This document shows, in pieces, positions 57,991-64,000 of a DNA stretch of 64,000 nucleotides; position 1 is the stretch's first letter, and the number at the start of each line of letters is the position of its first letter. The stretch is from a virus, in the IMG/VR virus record IMGVR_UViG_3300023174_000101, positions 1 through 64,000 of that record, one strand, 5' to 3'. The notes under the pieces are model-generated. The model ran no database searches. It worked only from the letters and a program-made list of their open reading frames with translations, and was not told where the DNA came from. A program made the translations under genes and the position numbers.

Positions 57991-59439
57991 TTAGATACAA
58001 GCCATAATCGCGTCGTGGTCTTCGTGCATCATGTGTGCCACTTCTGCGGCAATTTCAAGCGTGAGGTCAGTTGCATTTGTCTTGTCTCCCTTGCAGACTT
58101 TGTATGCTACCAGGGCCTGGATTAGAGCGCGGAGGAACGTACTGGACGTTGGAGCTACTCCATCGAACGCTGCCGAGTTTAGAACAACTACACCACCATC
58201 AAGGATCGAAATATGATCACGCTTGAAGACTAGCGTCGGCTTGTACTTGCGGAACTCAACCCTTGGCTCGAATCCGGCCAGCCTATTCACAGCAAACGTC
58301 AGGAAAGCTGTGATCTGCGCGTTTGGGTCTGCGTTATGCCATTCTATCTCTTCGCCAGCATCGGAACGTTCGACTTCCTTGGCAATGGTCTCTGCGTCCG
58401 ATACCACGCTCTTCACCGCGTCCACTACGGACCTGGCCATATTGTCGGTGTCAATTACCGTATAGCCGTTGGCAGACAGGGAAGCGTTCGCATCCCGGTT
58501 CGTGCTCTTTACTGCGGCCTTGCTTACATCACCGAACATGACCTCTACGTACTTCTTCCGGCACGAGTGGCTCGCATAGATGAGCGCCTCCTCTACCCAC
58601 TTGTCCTTGAGGTCCTTCTTGGACCACGTGTTCACGGCCTCCTCAAGGCAGAGTGCGAGCAGGCAGCGGGTGTAATACCCAGACACGGAGGTACGGTCGT
58701 CGGACAGCGGAATGCGCTGCTCTACATTGATGTGGAATGGCGTGTCGATGTTCGTGACCGGCACTCCCATTTCATACAGGAATGCAGTCTCGTTGGGCTT
58801 TGTGTAGTACAACTCCACGTCAGCTGTACGATACTCAGTCGTCTGCACGCCATCCTTAATAACCACAGTTTCAAGGTGGGCCCTAGTAGTCATGTTCGGC
58901 TTACGGCTACGCACGCGCTTGCCGCTAACCACCAGCGCCTTGCCGTGCTCTACTATAAAACCATTGAGATGCTGCTCAATGTCTATGATGTCACGCTCTG
59001 TCCAGCCGTCCACTTCGGCGGTCAGCCGCGTGCCCTTTTTGCGGTTGTTCCTCACGACCGTGCGGCCTTCCTCAAACTGGACCGTGAACCCAATGGTCTC
59101 AATCGAAGCCACGCGGGCAGCTGCAATAAGCTCCTTTACGCCACGACCCTTGCGGCCACGGGACGTGGGGCTGTCCTCCTTACTGGTCATGAACACCGTG
59201 GTCACATGTTCAGGACTCTGCACGCCCGTTGGCGAGTTGTCCTCGACCTGCACCCGAACACCAGTGTCTGTGCGTTCGAGCTTCACGTTGATTACGTTCG
59301 CATCGGCTTGGTCTAGTGCATTGGAGATAGCCTCGCGGACCAAGTGCTTTGGGCCACGACCGGCGTTCATCCTGCGCCAGCCTTCATTGGAGAGTTCGAA
59401 GCGATTGGAGCTGGTGGACAGTACTAGTTCGTTTGACAT
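57991..59439 (-). CDS. GHKL-family ATPase (Hsp90/MORC/rIIA-like N-terminus)
   Basis: REAISNALD, VEDNSPTG, SK....RGRKGRGVK Bergerat motifs. Confidence 0.8.
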   Translation of the reverse strand: MSNELVLSTSSNRFELSNEGWRRMNAGRGPKHLVREAISNALDQADANVINVKLERTDTGVRVQVEDNSPTGVQSPEHVTTVFMTSKEDSPTSRGRKGRGVKELIAAARVASIETIGFTVQFEEGRTVVRNNRKKGTRLTAEVDGWTERDIIDIEQHLNGFIVEHGKALVVSGKRVRSRKPNMTTRAHLETVVIKDGVQTTEYRTADVELYYTKPNETAFLYEMGVPVTNIDTPFHINVEQRIPLSDDRTSVSGYYTRCLLALCLEEAVNTWSKKDLKDKWVEEALIYASHSCRKKYVEVMFGDVSKAAVKSTNRDANASLSANGYTVIDTDNMARSVVDAVKSVVSDAETIAKEVERSDAGEEIEWHNADPNAQITAFLTFAVNRLAGFEPRVEFRKYKPTLVFKRDHISILDGGVVVLNSAAFDGVAPTSSTFLRALIQALVAYKVCKGDKTNATDLTLEIAAEVAHMMHEDHDAIMACI

Positions 59440-59525
59440 AGTGGTTTAGTGTTCCGCCTTTGGGGTCCCGCGCCGCGCCGCGCGCACACGAATATCTGCA
59501 ATGGCCGTGCCAGGCCGGGCTCAAC

Positions 59526-59747
59526 TTACAGTACTACGTTATGACCGGAAATCCACTCAGACACCACACCGGACACGCTCGCCAGGTCTGCAGCCTCATC
59601 CTTTGTGATGTCCGTCTTTACACCAGTTTTGTGGTCTACTATCTGGAACGAACCTACTTGCGTAACAATAAGTGAAAACCGGCCAATTGTACATATTAAC
59701 CAGCCGGTCTCACCTAAATTACCTACATTGAAATTACGCTTTTCCAT
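59526..59747 (-). CDS. Hypothetical protein
   Basis: Overlaps the stop of the upstream ORF. Confidence 0.5.
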   Translation of the reverse strand: MEKRNFNVGNLGETGWLICTIGRFSLIVTQVGSFQIVDHKTGVKTDITKDEAADLASVSGVVSEWISGHNVVL

Positions 59748-60189
59748 CGTCGTAATTAATTGGTGGGTTGAACTTGATGTAGTCTCTGATGTTGCGAGTT
59801 GCAGCTCTTGTGAGACGTGCATCCTCCATCTCCTGTTCAACCTTTGGATTCGGCACGATTCCGAATCCTTCTTTGTTAAAATGACCAACTAGTATCTTAC
59901 AAGGAAACGCGCAAATCTTGTATCCGTCTATATCAGTAAATGGAGTAGCGTACACATTGCTTGTTCCATTCTCTATCTCTTCTTCGTATTCTACTTCATC
60001 TGATATTATGGTAACGGATGGAGAGTAGAAGCGAGCCATCAGCAGAGAACTCGCATTAGAAGGATTGTACTCCACCAACAGATCCGAATAAATGTTACGT
60101 ACGTACAATACCGCATCGAGTAGCTTCTGTTTGTCTTTTACGTCAACTGTTAAATACGCTATTGCAGCGTCAGCTTTTAGTATCCCCAT
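59734..60189 (-). CDS. Hypothetical protein
   Basis: 151 aa, AAGG upstream. Confidence 0.6.
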   Translation of the reverse strand: MGILKADAAIAYLTVDVKDKQKLLDAVLYVRNIYSDLLVEYNPSNASSLLMARFYSPSVTIISDEVEYEEEIENGTSNVYATPFTDIDGYKICAFPCKILVGHFNKEGFGIVPNPKVEQEMEDARLTRAATRNIRDYIKFNPPINYDDGKA

Positions 60190-60263
60190 ACCTTAGCCTT
60201 ATGAAATTGGCCACACAAAAGTGACATCAAAATCATAGGATCATGAGGCATGGTGGAACTAAC

Positions 60264-60674
60264 TTATGAATTTTTACTCTGCTTTATGGAGTCGATTTCG
60301 GCACGCAGATCTGCATTCTCGGCCTCAAGTTCGAGTGTCCTGGCCTTAAAATGCATGCTTACGTTCGCGTGCAGAGCAACTTGGTCATTGGCCTGTCGTA
60401 CAATTTTCGACATGTGTTGACACCACTGGCACATATCGTTGTGCCTGTGTATGTCCCAAGCGGTTTGTATGTTAGTCCAGAATTCCTGTGTCGTGCCCAA
60501 CACAACAGCCAATTTAGATGCTATCTCATCTGTGACTGGCTGAACACCACACATTATTCTATGCACTGTGTCTATAGACAAGCCCGCTAGCCTAGCTAGC
60601 TTAGACGCATTCATGTCCATGTTCATGAACTTATGAACTAGTATCGAGCCTGGAGACTGTGTATCTCTACTCAT
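60264..60674 (-). CDS. HigA/VapI-type antitoxin-like HTH protein (orphan)
   Basis: SPGSIL...ASKLARLAGLS..TVHRIMCG..PVTDEIASKLAVVLGTTQEFWTNIQTAWD. Confidence 0.8.
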   Translation of the reverse strand: MSRDTQSPGSILVHKFMNMDMNASKLARLAGLSIDTVHRIMCGVQPVTDEIASKLAVVLGTTQEFWTNIQTAWDIHRHNDMCQWCQHMSKIVRQANDQVALHANVSMHFKARTLELEAENADLRAEIDSIKQSKNS

Positions 60675-61047
60675 ACTTGGCGTCTTCTGCTTTGCACTTC
60701 GCTATGTGCTTCTTGCCGCATGGTTGACATAATGTAATATACCAATTGGCATACCATGCGCGGTTGTTGCCTTCAGCACCGCATTCTTCGCACGTGCGTG
60801 CAGAAGCGCCTTCTGCCTTACGTATGAGTTCATACATCTCATCAGATGCGGATCCAACGTAGAACCTCAGAGTGCCATACTTTTCTTTTACTTGCTCTAA
60901 CTGCTTATCCCATCCGGCAGCAATGAGGTCTTCGATTAGTTTTTCTACGATGTGCGTCCATCCAGGACCGAACCATGCTCCGCACCTTGGATAATGTATA
61001 CCGTATTTAGCTAGAAGTGCTTCTGCATTGTCATTGCGGTCTGGCAT
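60667..61047 (-). CDS. Phage hypothetical protein with zinc ribbon
   Basis: GPGW...QVKEKYGTLRFY...SARTCEECG...LCQPC. Confidence 0.7.
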   Translation of the reverse strand: MPDRNDNAEALLAKYGIHYPRCGAWFGPGWTHIVEKLIEDLIAAGWDKQLEQVKEKYGTLRFYVGSASDEMYELIRKAEGASARTCEECGAEGNNRAWYANWYITLCQPCGKKHIAKCKAEDAKYE

Positions 61048-61049
61048 GT

Positions 61050-61385
61050 CTACACGTCCTTAACTGTGTCGCGCTCGTATTTTTCCACAGCAAGCCCAAT
61101 CGCGTCCATAATCTTATCAGAGAACGAACCGCTACGATCCCACAGTTCGTCTATTAAGTTCATAGCTACATCGTATTCGTCCTGGGACCCGATATCTGGT
61201 ATGACGATTGGTTTAGATGTATGCACATCGGACACGCTTTTAATGCGCCACTTATATCTGGACCTGTTTGCCTCGTACGGAAAGAACTCCGCCTGTGACT
61301 TTAAATCGCTTACGCAGATAGACATGGACGCGTCGTCTTCCACATCTACTTCGTATATTAGTGTCACGTAAACATTAGTCTTCAT
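61050..61385 (-). CDS. Hypothetical protein with HigA-N-terminal-like segment
   Basis: IGSQDEYDVAMNLIDELWD...MDAIGLAVEKYE. Confidence 0.55.
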   Translation of the reverse strand: MKTNVYVTLIYEVDVEDDASMSICVSDLKSQAEFFPYEANRSRYKWRIKSVSDVHTSKPIVIPDIGSQDEYDVAMNLIDELWDRSGSFSDKIMDAIGLAVEKYERDTVKDV

Positions 61386-62928
61386 TGGTTAGCGCCTTGC
61401 GTGCAATGTCAGAACAAACCACAGTTCCAGGTGCCCCGCAATGGGATGCTATACGCATGAGAGCCGCACGCAGACGTGTATTTTCTGCCTGCAGCTCGAG
61501 CATTGTCTCAGTGACCCTGCTGTTTGCATTTGCTTGAATTGCTAGTCTGCGAATTTCAGATCTGCTGTTAACGGGCATGTTCAGTCCTTCCACATCACAA
61601 AAGCAGTCAGCCCTATCCCAGCTATAGCACTTCAAGCATAAATTGTACATTACTTCGCCCAGAGTTTCTCTAGCTGGTAGTTGATACTGTGCATCTCAGT
61701 GGCGACCTCATGCAGCATGTCGGAGAAATCAAGCATCGCAGTGGCCAAACTCTCAATGCTGTCTGCGTCTTCAATGTCAGTAAGCGAACAGTCAGCCTCA
61801 GCTGTGCCTGTGATGATTGATACCTTGGCGGCAAGTTCGTCTAGTCGCTTCTCTAGCTTGGCAGTGATTTGCTTCTTGTTAGGCTTGGGTACCTTCTTTG
61901 CTGTCTTAGTGTTTGGCTTCTTCTCTACCTTCTTAGTCTTCTTGCTCATTTTATCCTCCAGTTTGTATTCGTACTCGTATCCATGCTGTTCAAACGCACG
62001 ATTCAGTGCATCTAAAGTCAGCTGATTGAACGCTTCGTCCGTCCACTCATCCCATCCCAATGCAGCAACAAGCTTATCCTTGAAGTCGTCAGGCACATCA
62101 AAAATAATGGTGCACGTGCCGTCTTCGTTGTCTTTAACTTCTACGACCTTAATGCTGCCTATGTCTTTGATGTCGCCAGATGACATTTACTTTACCCTCA
62201 TGAGTCTTACTACTGCATGAACCCTGGATTTCGCATCTTCTAGGCTTGAAGCAGGACCACGAGCAATTACCGCACCTGCAGCCCTACTAACCTGCCAATA
62301 ATAGTACACAGGTCCACTCGGTGAATCAGTCTCCCTGATTGACCATGAGTACCTACCATCAAGGCCCCAATGTCTACCGTCAACTATGGTCTTCATTTCG
62401 GCTCCGGGGTTGGGATTGAACGTACACGTTGCGCATATTCTGCGCCAACAGTAGTCTTAGCATTGTACGTGGGTGAAATTTCTACAGTTTGTGCGGCAAG
62501 CTCGCGCATAAGCTCCGCCCCACGCTTGAACGCCTCAATCTGTGCCTTGCTCATTTTGCGCATAATTTACCTATACTCATCACATTCACACTTGGTGCAT
62601 CCGGTAAGCGGCAGGTGGTATACGATAGAGTGTGTGCAACGGTCACAGTCACCGAATGCGTTAGTGCACACGTGCGCAGGCTTCTTGTCGTTCTCTTTCA
62701 TGTCTGATCTCCTGGATCTTTGGGCTGGTCGTTTAGTACAATTGCTGCATATGTCTTAAGCTCTGACGAATCCGGTAGATGCTTAATTGCCTCGGCAAGT
62801 AAACTTGCGAGTAACTTGTTACGCACGTTTAACTGGTCAATCTTGTCGTTACACTTCTTGGCGAGATCGCACATCAGGCACGGCTTCTTGCCTGGAGAAT
62901 CATCCTTACACTTTACGCAGTCGCCCAT
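61375..62928 (-). other. Small hypothetical ORFs (61375-61650, 61650-62186, 62187-62396, two short ORFs in ~62393-62701, 62698-62928)
   Basis: Abutting - strand ORFs. Confidence 0.55.
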
Positions 62929-63488
62929 TATTTAGACTTCGCCTCCGGTGGATAACCGCCAAGGATACGGTCAATATACCACTTCGCCTTCTGCAGGTCC
63001 TCAGTCCCGCCCTTCCGCTTCCAGCGCCACAGGTACTTGATAGCATTGCCCGTACAGAAAGCCTCGATGCCGTCCAGGCTCTCGGTCGCGGCCTCAATGG
63101 CGTCAATACACTCAATCTTTCCGCCGTAATGTGCCGGATGGTCCACATTCTCAAATAGTTCACGAATTTCTTCAGACGTATACTCATTAGCAGGTTCAGA
63201 TTTTAGCTTGTTATATGCAGCCATAGCCTCCTCCCTTGCAGCTTCAAGTCCACGCACAGTGCTGCCAGTAGCATGCAACAATTGGCCTTCAACGGTGACC
63301 CATGCGTTCCAGATTATCGGATCTAGTTCATTCCCGTATGTGTCAATATCTACATCTACAGTAAGACTGCTAGCATCATCCGGTGTCATGATCCATCGGG
63401 AGTGATTTGCATCAAAATCTACATGCTCTTCCCACTTCGGTCCATCGCTTGTCTTCTTACGCTTCGCAGGTGCATTCTTGGTCTTCAT
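62928..63488 (-). CDS. DUF3310 (T7 gp1.7-like) domain protein with N-terminal extension
   Basis: VDHPAHYGGKIECIDAI...FCTGNAIKYLWRWKRKGGTEDLQKAKWYI. Confidence 0.8.
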   Translation of the reverse strand: MKTKNAPAKRKKTSDGPKWEEHVDFDANHSRWIMTPDDASSLTVDVDIDTYGNELDPIIWNAWVTVEGQLLHATGSTVRGLEAAREEAMAAYNKLKSEPANEYTSEEIRELFENVDHPAHYGGKIECIDAIEAATESLDGIEAFCTGNAIKYLWRWKRKGGTEDLQKAKWYIDRILGGYPPEAKSK

Positions 63489-63966
63489 ATCCGCCCTCGC
63501 ATTTTGCGCAGTTATACCACTTAGTGCTGTTAAGTGCTTCGCGTAGCTGCTGCCTAACATTAGGGTTCTTGTTGAGTGCACGTACAAGCTGGGCAAGCAG
63601 TTGCTCGTCTGCCCAATCCTCTACATTCTCTGCATCATTCAGATTAAGTTCACTCTGCTTCTTGAACTTTGCACTGCCCTTCGGCATAAACCATGATGCC
63701 CCACATGGCTCACACTTTACACCAACTTGGTCTGCAAGCCTAGGATTAAACTGGTAAAACTGTACAACACCACCGTATGCACGGCAGTGTGGACATGTCA
63801 TATCTACAAATTCAGGCTCAGGTGCGTATATGTGCAGCTTATCATTACTAATGGTCATGCCTTGCAAGGTTATACTGTCATTATTCGCCAGCATCGTATT
63901 GTCAGATACGGTAATGTTGTACTGATGCGATACTGCGCCAGGTGCACCTGCAGGTGTAATATGCAC
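63457..63966 (-). CDS. Hypothetical zinc-ribbon protein (start uncertain)
   Basis: CPHC, CEPC, CAKC motifs. Confidence 0.5.
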   Translation of the reverse strand: MHITPAGAPGAVSHQYNITVSDNTMLANNDSITLQGMTISNDKLHIYAPEPEFVDMTCPHCRAYGGVVQFYQFNPRLADQVGVKCEPCGASWFMPKGSAKFKKQSELNLNDAENVEDWADEQLLAQLVRALNKNPNVRQQLREALNSTKWYNCAKCEGGYEDQECTCEA

Positions 63967-64000
63967 AGGCGAATTGCAGAAGCATACCGACGAGTACGGC

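Noticed and set aside
58336-59316. 326-aa + strand ORF opposite the GHKL ATPase
   Set aside because: In-register antisense shadow with no motifs. Such shadows are common here, so ORF length alone was not used as evidence for the intein HNH.
1-64000. CRISPR array, DGR/retron reverse transcriptase, integrase, full tRNAs, rRNA, stop-codon recoding
   Set aside because: No repeat-spacer array, RT or recombinase motifs or complete cloverleaf noticed; genes are intact and densely packed under the standard code

Overview
This 64-kb window is part of a large dsDNA tailed phage genome (myovirus-like baseplate; host not identifiable from sequence). It uses the standard genetic code and has two convergent arms meeting at a pair of hairpins near 18.6 kb. 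The + arm (1-18.6 kb) holds baseplate hub/spike, gp25-like and J-like wedge genes, long tail-fibre/structural genes and a metallophosphoesterase. The - arm (18.7-64 kb) holds replication, recombination and nucleotide genes: trigger factor homolog, SbcCD/Mre11-Rad50, ThyX, three sigma-like factors, DnaE with an intein, dUTPase, NDT-like protein, NMP kinase, DnaG-DnaB fusion, SF2 helicase, RuvC, RecA, SSB, PurZ-like synthetase, class II RNR with a LAGLIDADG intein and a GHKL ATPase. Two blocks of small accessory ORFs (34-40.7 kb, 59.5-64 kb) are interspersed. Most striking: (1) the 371-aa DnaE intein has no recognisable endonuclease in its own frame, yet the opposite strand of the same DNA encodes, in exact codon register, a Zn-ribbon/HTH/HNH homing-endonuclease-like protein; (2) a PurZ-signature enzyme (possible 2-aminoadenine DNA) occurs with a family C polymerase and no visible datZ/mazZ/dpoZ; (3) a phage-borne trigger factor; (4) orphan HigA-like antitoxin pieces. 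All calls come from reading motifs by eye; no database search was run.
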